Positions 9,101 through 18,188 of a stretch of DNA of 64,000 nt are shown here, one piece after another. Position 1 is the first letter of the stretch. Each line of letters starts with the position of its first letter. A program made the position numbers and the translations under genes. The stretch spans positions 32,001-96,000 of the forward strand of contig JABMQJ010000001.1 in the NCBI GenBank assembly GCA_013203315.1, given 5' to 3'. Below the pieces are notes generated by a model. The model was given only the letters and a program-made list of their open reading frames with translations. It did not search any database and had not been told where the DNA came from. This DNA is from Candidatus Omnitrophota bacterium (GTDB taxonomy: Bacteria; Omnitrophota; Gorgyraeia; JABMRN01; RBG-13-46-9).

Positions 9101-9332
9101 TGGGCGTTCCCATGAGCCCTGTCGTCAAAGGATATATAACCTGGTCTTCCACATCTTTAGGGCTTCTGCCTGGCCAATCCGCATAAACTATTATCTGAAG
9201 CTCGCCTATATCCGGTATAGCGTCCACAGGGGTTTCGCGCATGGAGTGAAACCCCCAGATCATGAGTAGTATGAAAACTGCTATAACAAGAAACCGGTTC
9301 CTAAGACAGGCTTCGATAATTTTATTTATCAT
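6192..9332 (-). CDS. cusA: CusA/CzcA heavy-metal RND efflux permease
   Basis: DAIPD, LGPDAT, GIAIAIGIMVD, RLRPAMMT; 1046 aa. Confidence 0.92.
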   Translation of the reverse strand: MINKIIEACLRNRFLVIAVFILLMIWGFHSMRETPVDAIPDIGELQIIVYADWPGRSPKDVEDQVIYPLTTGLMGTPNIKVVRSTSAFGFGLVNMIFEDGTDFYWARTRVLERLDFAKRGIPSDVSVTLGPDATALGQIFWYTVEGEGHSLDELRSIQDWYIRYQLNAVKGVSEVASVGGHVKQYQIDVDPNKLLAHDVRIHEVIKAVEASNIDVGAKVFEEGGTEFVVRGLGFIKNTDDIENIVIDEKNGTPIYVKNIATVTIGPEFRRGALDKEGKEVTGGVILMRYGENPLKVIKDIKEKIEELSVGLPPGVKIVPFYDRTGLIMRSIDTLKTALIQEIIITVFVILVFLAHFLASAAIAIVLPVGILIAFILMRLFGVDANIMSLGGIAIAIGIMVDSGCVLVENIYRRIVDRRKEKGANSLAPEERLDVCIDGAKEVGKPVLFALLTTIVGFLPVFVLTGQAGKLFRPLAFTKTFVMVGAAVIALTLLPTLCYYFLRGKLQDPDKNATSRNLRKHYLPTISWALKNKQKIIIITVALLLLGGIFASMIKQEFMPPLNEGDLLFMPVLLPGASLTQVMDVMRTQDIIIKKEFPNEVKQVVGKLGRAETATDPAPVAMIETIINLKDKKFWRRGMTREKLILEIQEKTRMPGVSPIMTQPIRNRIDMLATGIQTPVGIKVFGPDLNKIVEIATEIEAVVSKVKGAVSPYAERISNRPYFEIEIDREAAARYGINVRDIQHVIMTAIGGMNITTTVEGRERYPVRVRYMRELRDNPEALKRIFIPTSGGEHIPLAQIAELKRVPGPAVINSENTLSYARIFVNVDQDKVGLIDFVKNAQRAVDEKIKKGEIKLPSGYYVSWSGQFESEMESRKRLIPSLLICLGVIMILLYIAFRNVKSLLILSTGIPVALTGGVILLFLLGFKFSTVVWVGFIALFGVATDNAVVLLSTLDNLFKKKLPKTVEDIRKTVIEGCLLRLRPAMMTATTTVIALMPVMLSTGTGSEVMKPMASPLVGGLVTATLANLILVPVLYAWLKEKELKKSS

Positions 9333-9347
9333 GATACAACTCCTCGC

Positions 9348-10580
9348 CTAGTGCTGATGCACCGGCGGTTTCTTCTCTTCGGCGCCTATTGACCCGCCAT
9401 AAGCTGAGGCAGCGACACCGCTAATTTGGCTCTGTGAATCAATAAGGAAATTGGCCTTGGTCACGACAAGCTCGCCTTCGACGAGGCCCTTTAACACAGG
9501 ATAGAACTTTCTTTCTCTGCCGTCCACCAGAGCTCTTGCTTCCGGGCCGATAACAACGAGTCGGCCTTCATATTTTCCGTCTCCTACTTCAAGCCACACG
9601 ATCTTTCGCGTGCCGGTATCAAGCACAGCGCTCTTAGGAATAGCAAGAACCTCATGCTCTCCTTCGGCGCCCATGTACATTCCCATGATAACCAAATCAA
9701 CGTACATCCCCGGTTTTAGTTTAAGATCTGCGTTTTCGACTTCGGCTCTGAATTTGATCGAACGCGTCTTGGAATTTAACACAGGATCTATTGAAGATAT
9801 AACGCCCTGAAATTCTTCGCCCGGGATACCGGCGGCTATAACCTTTACTTTTTCTCCGACTTTTATCCAGGCCAATTCGTACTCGTATATATCCCCGTAA
9901 ATCCACATCTTCTTTTCCGGTAAAATAAGATTCGTATGAACCTTTTTCGTCTTTTCCAATTCCTTTATCTGTTCGGCGCTTAGGCCAAGCAACTTTAGTT
10001 TTCTCCTTGAGGATTCCACTAAATTCGCGGTTCTTTCTTTAATCTCTGGTATATTGCCTTCAGATATTTTCTCAAGGGAGCGAACCGCGGAAATAAATTC
10101 CTCTTCTGCGATGGCAAGTTGCGGGTCATAGGCTACCTTGCCTACGGTGCGTAGCTCTTTGTAAAGATGAAGCTTCCCTATTGGCTCTGCTTTGACACCG
10201 GCCAGACGAAGCTGGTCTCCTTTTATTTTGACGCTGCTCACAACACCTTTTAAGCTATCCGCTTCCGCTTTCGATATTTTTTTAAGATCCATGCCGCATA
10301 TAGGGCAGGTCATGCCTTCTGCGTCCTTCATGAGAAAAACGTGTTCTGCCCCTTCCATGCCGCATCCGTAATAATTGAGGCTCTCTTCGGCTTCCTCTTT
10401 GTATACAGGAATAAGTTTCATGTTGCAAATAGGGCAATTCACGCTGCCTTTGTCATACTCCTCCGGAGACACCCTCACACTCGGATGCATGCCGCAGGTA
10501 TAGTATTCAATATCGTCGGCCCCGGCGTAGGTAACAATGGATGCTAACAACATAATTACAATAATAATTCGATACTTCAT
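9348..10580 (-). CDS. cusB: CusB-type RND periplasmic adaptor with N-terminal heavy-metal-binding domains
   Basis: YTCGMHP..CPICNM, second CPICGMDL, LKPGMY, ANFLIDSQS. Confidence 0.9.
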   Translation of the reverse strand: MKYRIIIVIMLLASIVTYAGADDIEYYTCGMHPSVRVSPEEYDKGSVNCPICNMKLIPVYKEEAEESLNYYGCGMEGAEHVFLMKDAEGMTCPICGMDLKKISKAEADSLKGVVSSVKIKGDQLRLAGVKAEPIGKLHLYKELRTVGKVAYDPQLAIAEEEFISAVRSLEKISEGNIPEIKERTANLVESSRRKLKLLGLSAEQIKELEKTKKVHTNLILPEKKMWIYGDIYEYELAWIKVGEKVKVIAAGIPGEEFQGVISSIDPVLNSKTRSIKFRAEVENADLKLKPGMYVDLVIMGMYMGAEGEHEVLAIPKSAVLDTGTRKIVWLEVGDGKYEGRLVVIGPEARALVDGRERKFYPVLKGLVEGELVVTKANFLIDSQSQISGVAASAYGGSIGAEEKKPPVHQH

Positions 10581-10599
10581 TTTATTTTCCTCCCGGTCG

Positions 10600-11862
10600 T
10601 TATAAATCTCGGCCTACTACCCTTTCCAGATACGCGATTGATTTCTCGTAATCTACTATAGCCTTATAATAAGCGAGCTTTGTCTTAAGAAGCACTCTCT
10701 CGGAATCAAGCCAGTTTAAAAAGTCTACCTTGCCCGCTTCATAGGCTGTCTTAGCGGCATTGAATGCCTGCTCTGTCTGCGGGACAAGCGCTGTTTTATA
10801 CAAACTTACGATCTCTTTGTAAGTGTTTATCTTATAATAAACATCCTCCACTTCATATATAACGTTATTTTTCACGTCCTCGAAGTTTTCCCTGCTCGCG
10901 CGCAAGGATGCGGATTTTTCTTTTAGCTCGGCCACCTGCTTATCAAGCCAGATTGGTATGTGAACGGCAAATGTTGTCATCCAGGCGTCCTGGCCGTCGT
11001 CCGGAAGGGTCGTAGTATCATCGCCTACCTGGATGTAATCAAAACCAAATGTGAAGTCCGGAAGAAAATTAAGCCCCGCTAAAGACTTCTCGTATTTGGC
11101 TCTTTCTATGTTAATATTCGCTGCGAGCAATTCCTGCCTGCTCGTGCCGGCCAGATTATGCAAACTGTCTAAGGTATAATTGAACTTATCTAACTCTATG
11201 TCTTTTACCTTCCCCATCATAACCACGTTAGGCCTGCTAAGCAACGCGTTCAACTTGGCGGCGAGGCTTTTTCTGTGCTGTCTTAATTTAAACAGCTTAT
11301 CTATTAATTTTGAAATCTCAACCTGGGCCTTGATAACATCCTGCTGCGGCGCATGAGCTACCTCGAACTTTTTTCCCGCTACCTTTTCAAGGTTACTTAA
11401 GACACCTTTCTCCTCCTCGGTTATGTCAATCGCCCTGTCCACCCAGAAAATATCATAATAGACAAACTTTACGTCTTTTATAATTTCGCGCTTTGTGGCT
11501 TCGTACTTCTCCCTCAGCACATCAGCCTTTTTAAACTCTGCCCTACCCTTAAGATGGAGCTTCCCGGGAAAAGGAACGCTTTGCGATACGCCGTACTTAT
11601 GCTTCTGCGGGCCCACCTTTGTTTCAACGCTTTCACCGAAATACGTATACCGCGCCGTAGGGTCCGGAAGCACCGAAACCTGCTTTATCCTATATGTTGC
11701 AGCCTTCCAATTCTCATACGCCGCCTGAACACGAGGATTATTGTCTATAGCCTCGTTTATAAGAGCATCGAGGTCGCCGCCAGGAACTCCTTCTGCATGG
11801 ATGTGACCTGTGGCGCTTGCAACAAAAGCGACGATTATAAACACAGTAAAAAATAAACGCAT
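10600..11862 (-). CDS. TolC-family outer membrane efflux protein
   Basis: Signal peptide, NNPRV..A, LPDP, Q.VPFPGK, YEAGKVDFL; operon context. Confidence 0.9.
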   Translation of the reverse strand: MRLFFTVFIIVAFVASATGHIHAEGVPGGDLDALINEAIDNNPRVQAAYENWKAATYRIKQVSVLPDPTARYTYFGESVETKVGPQKHKYGVSQSVPFPGKLHLKGRAEFKKADVLREKYEATKREIIKDVKFVYYDIFWVDRAIDITEEEKGVLSNLEKVAGKKFEVAHAPQQDVIKAQVEISKLIDKLFKLRQHRKSLAAKLNALLSRPNVVMMGKVKDIELDKFNYTLDSLHNLAGTSRQELLAANINIERAKYEKSLAGLNFLPDFTFGFDYIQVGDDTTTLPDDGQDAWMTTFAVHIPIWLDKQVAELKEKSASLRASRENFEDVKNNVIYEVEDVYYKINTYKEIVSLYKTALVPQTEQAFNAAKTAYEAGKVDFLNWLDSERVLLKTKLAYYKAIVDYEKSIAYLERVVGRDL

Positions 11863-11871
11863 GGTACCACC

Positions 11872-12153
11872 TCATATATTCTTCGTAAACCTCTTTAATA
11901 AATTTGTTATCTCGCCTATCTTCGTATACGTATCCCCTGTGCTTTTGCTCTTAAGCGCCCCGGCCACACAGCCTGCAAGGTGCTTACTAAAGACTTTCTC
12001 CCTTACCCTCATGAGAGCTCCGATGGTCGATTGGATCTGGGTCAGGATATCAACGCAATACCGACCATCATCGATCATCTTCTGCAGGCCACGAACCTGC
12101 CCCTCGATCTTCTTCAGGTAAATTATCTGCTCTTTATGGCTCATCTTTGCCAT
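11872..12153 (-). CDS. csoR: CsoR/RcnR metal-sensing repressor
   Basis: LKKIEGQVRGLQKMI..RYCVDIL..HLAGC (Cys-His-Cys ligands). Confidence 0.9.
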   Translation of the reverse strand: MAKMSHKEQIIYLKKIEGQVRGLQKMIDDGRYCVDILTQIQSTIGALMRVREKVFSKHLAGCVAGALKSKSTGDTYTKIGEITNLLKRFTKNI

Positions 12154-12180
12154 GGTAAAAGCCTCTCTTTCCGTGATACA

Positions 12181-12210
12181 AGTATACCATACCCCCCTAC
12201 CCTATGTCAA
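12181..12210 (-). promoter_or_regulatory. csoR-cus promoter with G-tract CsoR-type operator
   Basis: Minus strand TTGACA-18-TATACT with spacer TAGGGTAGGGGGGTATGG. Confidence 0.7.
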
Positions 12211-12225
12211 GGGCTGGCGCTCACT

Positions 12226-12352
12226 ATTTTTGCGGGTTTTACCCTACGGAATCAGCTGGTATTGGCCTGCGGCTTGGCACTTTCGCCGGAGCTCTTTCCG
12301 TTAGCCCTCCCCCTTCTATTGGTGCAACCTAGGCATAAAGCCCGCTAAAATA
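12226..12352. repeat. Long hairpin repeat family E, copy 1
   Basis: ATTTTTGCGGGT..CCCTACGGAAT.AG..GGTATTGGC.TGCGGCTTGGCA..CGGAGC shared with 19628-19743; ends pair (ATTTTTGCGGG/CCCGCTAAAAT). Confidence 0.8.
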
Positions 12353-12411
12353 ATTCGCTTGAAAAGTCCACTTATGTGTGTTATTAATATGTATTACGAA
12401 AGGAACGAATA

Positions 12412-13599
12412 ATGGCACGACACATATACATGGATAATAACGCAACGACCCCTCTCCACCCTGAGGTGAAGAAGGCTATCAAGGGTGCGCTCGATATGTT
12501 CGGCAATCCTTCGAGTCTGCATGAGTTCGGACGAGAAGCGAGGGCAGCTGTCGAGAGAGCCAGGGAACGCGTTGCTTCGTTTATTGGGGCAAGTCCTGAT
12601 GAGATTATATTTACGGGAAGCGGCTCTGAGGCTAATAATACGGTGCTTTCGCTTGCGGCGTGCCCTGCTACATCCTGCTTAAATCTTCTCGACAAGAAGA
12701 AAACCGGTATTATCACCACTACCATTGAGCACCCCTGCGTGTTAGAGACTTCAAAATGTCTCACGGATAGAGGTGTCGATGTCACGTATCTTAAAGCCGA
12801 TTGCCTGGGCAAGGTAAGCGTTGAAGAATTAGAGAACGTCCTCACCGAGAAGACCGGCATCGTTTCTATAATGATGGCAAATAACGAAATCGGTACGACA
12901 CAGGATATTAAGTTGCTTGCGAAGATGGCGCATAAACACGGTGCCCTGTTCCACACGGATGCGGTTCAGGCAGTGGGTAAGATCCCTGTAGATGTAAAAG
13001 ATTTAGATATTGATTTTCTGACGCTTTCGGCGCACAAGATATATGGGCCCAAGGGAATCGGCGCGCTTTATATTAAAAAAGATATTCCGTTTTGTCCATT
13101 GATTCGCGGCGGTCACCAGGAAAGAGGCCGGCGTGCAGGGACAGAAAATACTTTAGGCATAGTAGGCCTCGAAAAAGCAGTCGAAATGCGCGCAAAAGAG
13201 ATGAATGCCGAAGAAACACGCCTACTTCAGTTTAAAAATAAACTTAAAAAAGGTATCGAAGACAATATTAAGGATGCGCGTTTCAACGGACATCCGCACG
13301 ATTGCCTTACCGGCACGACGAATGTTTCGTTTGATGGCGCAGAGGGTGAGGCGATTCTCCTATATCTTGACCAGAAGGGCGTCGCTGTCTCTACGGGTTC
13401 AGCCTGCGCGTCCGGTTCACTCGACCCTTCGCATGTGCTTCTTGCAACAGGCACACCGGCTGAAAGAGCGCATGGCTCGATACGCATAAGCATGGGCCGG
13501 GAAAATACTGAAAAAGAAGTAGACTACGTTCTAACAACGCTGATTGACGTGATAAAGAAAGTGCGTAGCATGTCAACAGCCTACGGAGATAAAAAATAA
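12412..13599 (+). CDS. iscS: Cysteine desulfurase IscS/NifS
   Basis: YMDNNATT, FGNPSS.H, HTDAVQ, SAHKIYGPKG, STGSAC. Confidence 0.93.
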   Translation: MARHIYMDNNATTPLHPEVKKAIKGALDMFGNPSSLHEFGREARAAVERARERVASFIGASPDEIIFTGSGSEANNTVLSLAACPATSCLNLLDKKKTGIITTTIEHPCVLETSKCLTDRGVDVTYLKADCLGKVSVEELENVLTEKTGIVSIMMANNEIGTTQDIKLLAKMAHKHGALFHTDAVQAVGKIPVDVKDLDIDFLTLSAHKIYGPKGIGALYIKKDIPFCPLIRGGHQERGRRAGTENTLGIVGLEKAVEMRAKEMNAEETRLLQFKNKLKKGIEDNIKDARFNGHPHDCLTGTTNVSFDGAEGEAILLYLDQKGVAVSTGSACASGSLDPSHVLLATGTPAERAHGSIRISMGRENTEKEVDYVLTTLIDVIKKVRSMSTAYGDKK

Positions 13600-14213
13600 T
13601 GGCTAAAGAAGAATTTAGCTGGGTATATACAGGAATCGCCAAAGACCACTTCACTAATCCCAGGAATATTCTGGGAGATGAGGCCTCATTCAAGGATAAC
13701 GGAAAAGGTACCGTTGGCAACATGAAGTGCGGCGACCAGATGCTGGTAGCGATTAAGGTAGATAAGAGTAAAGGTACGATTACAGACTGTAAATGGAAAA
13801 CCTACGGTTGCGCAAGCGCTATCGCGAGCACTTCCATCATGTCGGAGATGGTAATAGGTATGACAATCGAGAAGGCTTATCACCTCTCCCCGAAAGACGT
13901 TGCCGCAGCACTTGGCGGTCTACCCGAACACAAAATACACTGCTCTGTACTAGGAGATAAAGCGTTACGCGCGGCAATAGACGACTACTACAAGCGTAAC
14001 GGAATGGAAGATAAGATCGTTAAAGAAAAAGCGCGCCTTGTATGTCAATGTATGAACGTAACCGACCACGAAATCGAGCACGCTGTCTTAGAAGGCGCAC
14101 GAACGCTCTACGAACTCCAGGAAAGAACCAAACTCGGCACCGTCTGCGGTCAGTGCAAACCCGAAGCAACTCGCCTCCTGCAACTCTACATCAAAAAACA
14201 TTTCAGTAAGTAA
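13599..14213 (+). CDS. nifU: IscU/NifU scaffold with C-terminal BFD-like [2Fe-2S] domain
   Basis: HFTNPRN, CGDQM, YGCASAIAS, KIHCS, then CQC...CGQC. Confidence 0.9.
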   Translation: MAKEEFSWVYTGIAKDHFTNPRNILGDEASFKDNGKGTVGNMKCGDQMLVAIKVDKSKGTITDCKWKTYGCASAIASTSIMSEMVIGMTIEKAYHLSPKDVAAALGGLPEHKIHCSVLGDKALRAAIDDYYKRNGMEDKIVKEKARLVCQCMNVTDHEIEHAVLEGARTLYELQERTKLGTVCGQCKPEATRLLQLYIKKHFSK

Positions 14214-14271
14214 AATATTATTCTATTTTTGATTTTTATTATAAAGAAGCTTATAACGCGGTAGGGTTTTG

Positions 14272-14300
14272 GATAGGCACTCTTAAGTGTGCCCTGCTTA
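14272..14300. repeat. REP-like hairpin family C, copy 1
   Basis: GGCACTCTTAAGTGTGCCCTGCTT identical to the core at 14766-14789. Confidence 0.8.
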
Positions 14301-14319
14301 CTTGAAAAATACAAAATAA

Positions 14320-14358
14320 GATGGCTCTACTTGAATTATTTAAACAAATAGAGCCATC
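14320..14358. terminator. Stem-loop between convergent nifU and 14368-14685
   Basis: GATGGCTCTA...TAGAGCCATC; T-rich tail on the minus strand. Confidence 0.65.
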
Positions 14359-14367
14359 CCGAATGCT

Positions 14368-14685
14368 TTATTTCTTATTTCCTAAAAGAAATTCCGGATT
14401 CTTAATTATTGGGCCATATTCAGGGAACGGAAAAGTAACTGTTTCAAACACTCCGCAAAGAACTCTTCCGCCAAATTTGAAAATCCCACCTAATGGTCCC
14501 CACGTTATGGCACCAAGAATTCCATCCTTCTCATACCCATCTTGGATTCCATTAAGTATTTCAAGCGGGCTTGTAACGATGTTTGTCACACCTCTGTAAA
14601 GTTTTTTGGCGGCTAGATCAGCATAAGCTGCGGTAGCGCTAAATAACATTACACCGATAAGAAGCAGGATAATTAGCTTTTTCAT
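14368..14685 (-). CDS. Exosortase system-associated protein (TIGR04073-like)
   Basis: Signal peptide then KLYRGVTNIVTSPLEI...R...GVFETVTFPFP; own promoter TTGCAG-17-TATACT at about 14711-14739. Confidence 0.75.
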   Translation of the reverse strand: MKKLIILLLIGVMLFSATAAYADLAAKKLYRGVTNIVTSPLEILNGIQDGYEKDGILGAITWGPLGGIFKFGGRVLCGVFETVTFPFPEYGPIIKNPEFLLGNKK

Positions 14686-14748
14686 TTTTTTACCTCCTTA
14701 TTTTAAATATAGTATACCCAATGAAAATCAATACTGCAAATATACTTC

Positions 14749-14791
14749 AGTTATCCACAGGGTAGGGCACTCTTAAGTGTGCCCTGCTTGC
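14749..14791. repeat. REP-like hairpin family C, copy 2 (with DnaA-box-like 9-mer)
   Basis: AGTTATCCACAGGGTAGGGCACTCTTAAGTGTGCCCTGCTTGC; supplies the last codons and stop of the tautomerase. Confidence 0.85.
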
Positions 14792-14976
14792 TTTCTGTCG
14801 CAAATTAACTGGCCGCCGACTCCAACGTTTTCCGGTGCATTTTCCTTGATTACCGCTACAATAACCGCGGGAGGTAACTTATATGCCTTTACTGCTGCTT
14901 CAGTCACTTCTTTGATTAAAGCTCGTTTCACCTCTAAATCTTTTATCTTTGGTCCTTCCACTGTAATATTAGGCAT
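14773..14976 (-). CDS. 4-oxalocrotonate tautomerase family (DmpI-like)
   Basis: N-terminal Pro (MPNITVEGP), KR.LI..VT, ENVGVGG. Confidence 0.85.
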   Translation of the reverse strand: MPNITVEGPKIKDLEVKRALIKEVTEAAVKAYKLPPAVIVAVIKENAPENVGVGGQLICDRKQAGHT

Positions 14977-14999
14977 TCTTCCCCCTTTTTTGGATTTTT

Positions 15000-15062
15000 A
15001 CTCTTGTGCCATTTCAGAATCTGAACTCCTGTCTGCCGGCAGGTAGACAGGCTATTTTTGAA
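15000..15062. repeat. Cassette-boundary repeat A+B, copy 1
   Basis: ACTCTTGTGCCATTTCAGAATCTGAACTCCTGTCTGCCGGCAGGTAGACAGGCTATTTTTGAA. Confidence 0.85.
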
Positions 15063-15128
15063 AATGGTTCACTGTCCTCAATTTTAACGGTGTTTAAGTG
15101 GGTATACAGGGTGAGGATATGCTATGGC

Positions 15129-15554
15129 TCAGTCTACCTGATGCGCAGTCAAGAACATAGACTTCTCGAGAACAGTGAAAAAATCCTGATAAGACTCCGG
15201 ATTATCGACAGCCCTAAGCCCAAATTGAGCATTTGCCCTAACCAATAGTTGCGTTTCTCCTCTGGGCCTTACCGTAACAGTCATCTTTAATAAAGTATGC
15301 CTTGTAAATTTTGATGCTGTTACAGAGCCCAAGCTTAAATCTGCTCTATCAATAACAAATTCTAAATCTTGAAGAGTGCTTATTACTGTCCTAAGCATTT
15401 TTTTTCTATCGGTAGTATCAAAAGCCCTTGTTTGTATGCTACGCAATTGAACTTGGCTCTGTTCGGCATCAATTGTTCGCTGGGCAGTTGTTGTACAACC
15501 CGCTAAAGATAAAACGAAAAATAAAAGAAGAAGACCTCTTAACATTATTTTCAT
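15129..15554 (-). CDS. Lipoprotein, paralog of 15551-16123
   Basis: Lipobox LAGC; QLRSIQTRAFDT..LQDLEFVID..LG.VTASK. Confidence 0.8.
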   Translation of the reverse strand: MKIMLRGLLLLFFVLSLAGCTTTAQRTIDAEQSQVQLRSIQTRAFDTTDRKKMLRTVISTLQDLEFVIDRADLSLGSVTASKFTRHTLLKMTVTVRPRGETQLLVRANAQFGLRAVDNPESYQDFFTVLEKSMFLTAHQVD

Positions 15555-16123
15555 ATTTCCTGCCCTTCAAGGAATATTGCTTTTGATACTTTGTCGAAGA
15601 AACCTTGGTATAATTCTGGTCCTTTCAAAGTCTCCAGTCTAGAAACGTTTCCCAGTCTGTTCCAGACAATTCTCTGAAAGGTAGTGCGGACGATTAATTT
15701 ATTTCCTTCGGCGTTTAGCTTACTAACAACGGATACTCTAATTTTCTGCTCTTTATCAATATAGTCAAAAGCGTTTGTATTTGTGCCTGAGAGTGCGGCG
15801 AGGGCAACTGCTGCGGTTGCTGCCGCAACCTGAACTGCATCTGTTGCATCTCTACTTTTTGAAGCTACAACAAGCCCTAATTCTGTTTCGCTATCGTCAA
15901 GCGTAAAGCCCATATCTTGAAGAGCACCGGCGCAGGCTGAGAGTACTTCTGCTTCGTTTATCGTTTCAAATTGCCGCATTTGTAACTGGCGTACTTGCAG
16001 ACTGTCCTCTGATAGGGTAAATAATTTTTTAGGGGTGGTAGCAATACAACCTGTTATAGAAATGCACAAAACAAGGAGTGACGGTAAGATAAAGTCTTTT
16101 TTTAATTTTGTAACTTTAAGCAT
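15551..16123 (-). CDS. Lipoprotein
   Basis: Lipobox ITGC; QVRQLQMRQFET..LQDMGFTLD..LGLVVASK. Confidence 0.8.
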   Translation of the reverse strand: MLKVTKLKKDFILPSLLVLCISITGCIATTPKKLFTLSEDSLQVRQLQMRQFETINEAEVLSACAGALQDMGFTLDDSETELGLVVASKSRDATDAVQVAAATAAVALAALSGTNTNAFDYIDKEQKIRVSVVSKLNAEGNKLIVRTTFQRIVWNRLGNVSRLETLKGPELYQGFFDKVSKAIFLEGQEI

Positions 16124-16125
16124 AT

Positions 16126-16524
16126 TTAAAATTTAGAAGCGTGATATGCAAAATCTCTTACTTTGCCCTCATTGTCAAACTTGATAACAATGGTCAAGGT
16201 TCTCTGCGTAGTCGATTTTGCTCCGGCGGTCCCAGGTGTTAGAAATTTTAGACCGGCATTGCTATCCGAATATACTATATCAGTAGCTATTTTATCGTAG
16301 ACCCATACTTCCCGTCGCTGCTCATCAGTGGTTACAACATTGGGAGAACCTAATGTCTCTACAACCTTCGATGAGGGCATTCCGATCAAAATTTCACGCT
16401 GGACTTTGCCCACAGTTATCCTATCCCCGGTATCATCCTGCACTTCTCTTCTATGATAACTAGCTGACGCACATCCCATTAAGAATATTAAAGAAACAAC
16501 TACTATAATAAGTTTTTTATCCAT
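16126..16524 (-). CDS. Lipoprotein, SmpA/OmlA(BamE)-like
   Basis: Lipobox LMGC; IGM....V...LGSPN...EVWVY; IKFD..GKV. Confidence 0.75.
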   Translation of the reverse strand: MDKKLIIVVVSLIFLMGCASASYHRREVQDDTGDRITVGKVQREILIGMPSSKVVETLGSPNVVTTDEQRREVWVYDKIATDIVYSDSNAGLKFLTPGTAGAKSTTQRTLTIVIKFDNEGKVRDFAYHASKF

Positions 16525-16557
16525 GATTCCCCCCTATTTTCATTAGTATTGTTTTAT

Positions 16558-16586
16558 ATTTTAGTCTTGCCGGTATTGAATGTCAA
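16558..16586 (-). promoter_or_regulatory. Sigma70 promoter for the lipoprotein trio
   Basis: TTGACA-17-TAAAAT on the minus strand. Confidence 0.7.
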
Positions 16587-16606
16587 GCCTATTTAGCGAT
16601 TCTCTA

Positions 16607-16681
16607 TCTGAACTACCCTTCGACCGTTTCAGAATCTAAATTCCTACCTAACGGTAGGCAGGCCGGCAGGTTATTTTTGAA
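16607..16681. repeat. Cassette-boundary repeat A+B, copy 2
   Basis: CCCTTCGACCGTTTCAGAATCTAAATTCCTACCTAACGGTAGGCAGGCCGGCAGGTTATTTTTGAA. Confidence 0.85.
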
Positions 16682-17104
16682 TTAGAAGTCCTCGCTTTTT
16701 AAACCATGCCTTGAACGTAGTTTTTTCTTTTCCGCCCTCTTCTTTTTATTCCTAAGCATCTTTTCTTTTGCTCTGCGGGATCGCCGGCGTTTTTGCCTTC
16801 TTATCTTTTCTATCCTTTTTCTTTCTTCCGAATGCCTTCCCAGTATGTGCGCTTCGATTTTGCCCGTGAGGCGCCTGCGCGCTATAAATCTATTTAAAGC
16901 CTGCGAGCGCTCTTCCTGGCATTTTACCTCTATGCCGGTCGGCCCATGCCTAAGATGCACGCAGGTAGATACCTTATTAACATTTTGACCGCCCTTTCCG
17001 CCTGAACGGACAAACCACTCCTCCATGTCCTGTTCGCGGATACCAAGCTTCCGCATCTTCGCCTTCAGGGCTTCTTCTTTACTGCTGCTCACACCGAATT
17101 GCAT
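16682..17104 (-). CDS. arfB: Peptidyl-tRNA hydrolase domain release factor (ArfB/YaeJ-like)
   Basis: [13 protein letters not shown] (GGQ), ERSQALNR, long basic C-terminal tail. Confidence 0.75.
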   Translation of the reverse strand: MQFGVSSSKEEALKAKMRKLGIREQDMEEWFVRSGGKGGQNVNKVSTCVHLRHGPTGIEVKCQEERSQALNRFIARRRLTGKIEAHILGRHSEERKRIEKIRRQKRRRSRRAKEKMLRNKKKRAEKKKLRSRHGLKSEDF

Positions 17105-17115
17105 AATTGAAATCC

Positions 17116-17156
17116 ACTTTTCGACCGTTTAAGAATCTGAACTCCTGCCTGCCGGC
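17116..17156. repeat. Cassette-boundary repeat A+B, copy 3
   Basis: CTTTTCGACCGTTTAAGAATCTGAACTCCTGCCTGCCGGC. Confidence 0.85.
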
Positions 17157-17177
17157 TTTAAAGTAACAAATCGATCA

Positions 17178-17543
17178 CTAGGCGGAATAGACTAAGAGAG
17201 CTCCGAAAGCTAAGGCCAAAAGACTGATCAGGCGCATGGATAAAATAGGTTTTCCCTGCCACCAGTCAAGATAGGTATATATCGATTTTGGTTTTATCAC
17301 AAGTAAAAGCACACCCTTTATGATCGACCAGATACCAAGTACCTTAATCAGTAATACTATCCTGCACTGCGGGGCAGCAATTAAAAAGACGATACCGAAA
17401 AGAAGTGCCAAAATACCGCCGACCTTTAGCCTTTTTTCATTTCTCCAGAACGCAATATATCCTTTTAAAGTATTTTTCCTTACTAAAAAAAGGATTCCAA
17501 TAACCATAATAATTACACCAAAAAGCCTGACAACCATAACCAT
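17178..17543 (-). CDS. Small 4-TM membrane protein
   Basis: Four hydrophobic segments; GGAGG RBS. Confidence 0.75.
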   Translation of the reverse strand: MVMVVRLFGVIIMVIGILFLVRKNTLKGYIAFWRNEKRLKVGGILALLFGIVFLIAAPQCRIVLLIKVLGIWSIIKGVLLLVIKPKSIYTYLDWWQGKPILSMRLISLLALAFGALLVYSA

Positions 17544-17559
17544 AAGTACCTCCCTTTTT

Positions 17560-17610
17560 TACTCTTCGACCATTTCAGAATCTGAACTACTGTCTGCTAG
17601 CAGGTAGGCT
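17560..17610. repeat. Cassette-boundary repeat A+B, copy 4
   Basis: TACTCTTCGACCATTTCAGAATCTGAACTACTGTCTGCTAGCAGGTAGGCT. Confidence 0.85.
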
Positions 17611-17620
17611 CTACTTTGTC

Positions 17621-18115
17621 TTAAAACCCAAGAAACATTAGCCACCTGGCACGCCTTCCCAGTAAATCAGCTCGTTCAACCCTGTTAATATCTCGCAGTA
17701 ATTTATCACGCGTTTCCGTTATGCCACGTTCAGTAATTTTTAGCTTCTCATATTCTATTCCGCCGGCTTTAATAAACTCAACGGCTTTCTGCAATTCTCC
17801 TTCATCGAAAAACGTCCCATGTTTTTTACACTTATCGACAACAATTCCCGAGTGATGCATGTAGTTTTTGCGCCACATCAATCTACTACAACGGGGGCAT
17901 TTGCAATACTTTACTTTTTCCGTACGCCCCAAAGGTTTATATACCTTGTGTAAATCACGTAGCTCACTCACGGTAAAGACTTCCGGAATTATCTTCAATA
18001 CCTGTTTTTCTTCGAACTTATCTACCCATACACCTTTACATTTTGGACAAATGTCGGTTTCGATACCGTTTTCCTTGAACACCTTCATTTCAATATCACA
18101 TTTGGGACATTTCAT
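17621..18115 (-). CDS. Tandem zf-TFIIB Zn-ribbon protein
   Basis: CPKC..M...D.CPKCKGVWVD and CPRC..M...D.C..HG.FFD.GEL. Confidence 0.85.
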   Translation of the reverse strand: MKCPKCDIEMKVFKENGIETDICPKCKGVWVDKFEEKQVLKIIPEVFTVSELRDLHKVYKPLGRTEKVKYCKCPRCSRLMWRKNYMHHSGIVVDKCKKHGTFFDEGELQKAVEFIKAGGIEYEKLKITERGITETRDKLLRDINRVERADLLGRRARWLMFLGF

Positions 18116-18188
18116 TTTCCTCTCCTATATAAACTTCTCCCTGCCTATTTAAAATCGCGGACGTTATAAAGCTACCGCCGGGACAGGC

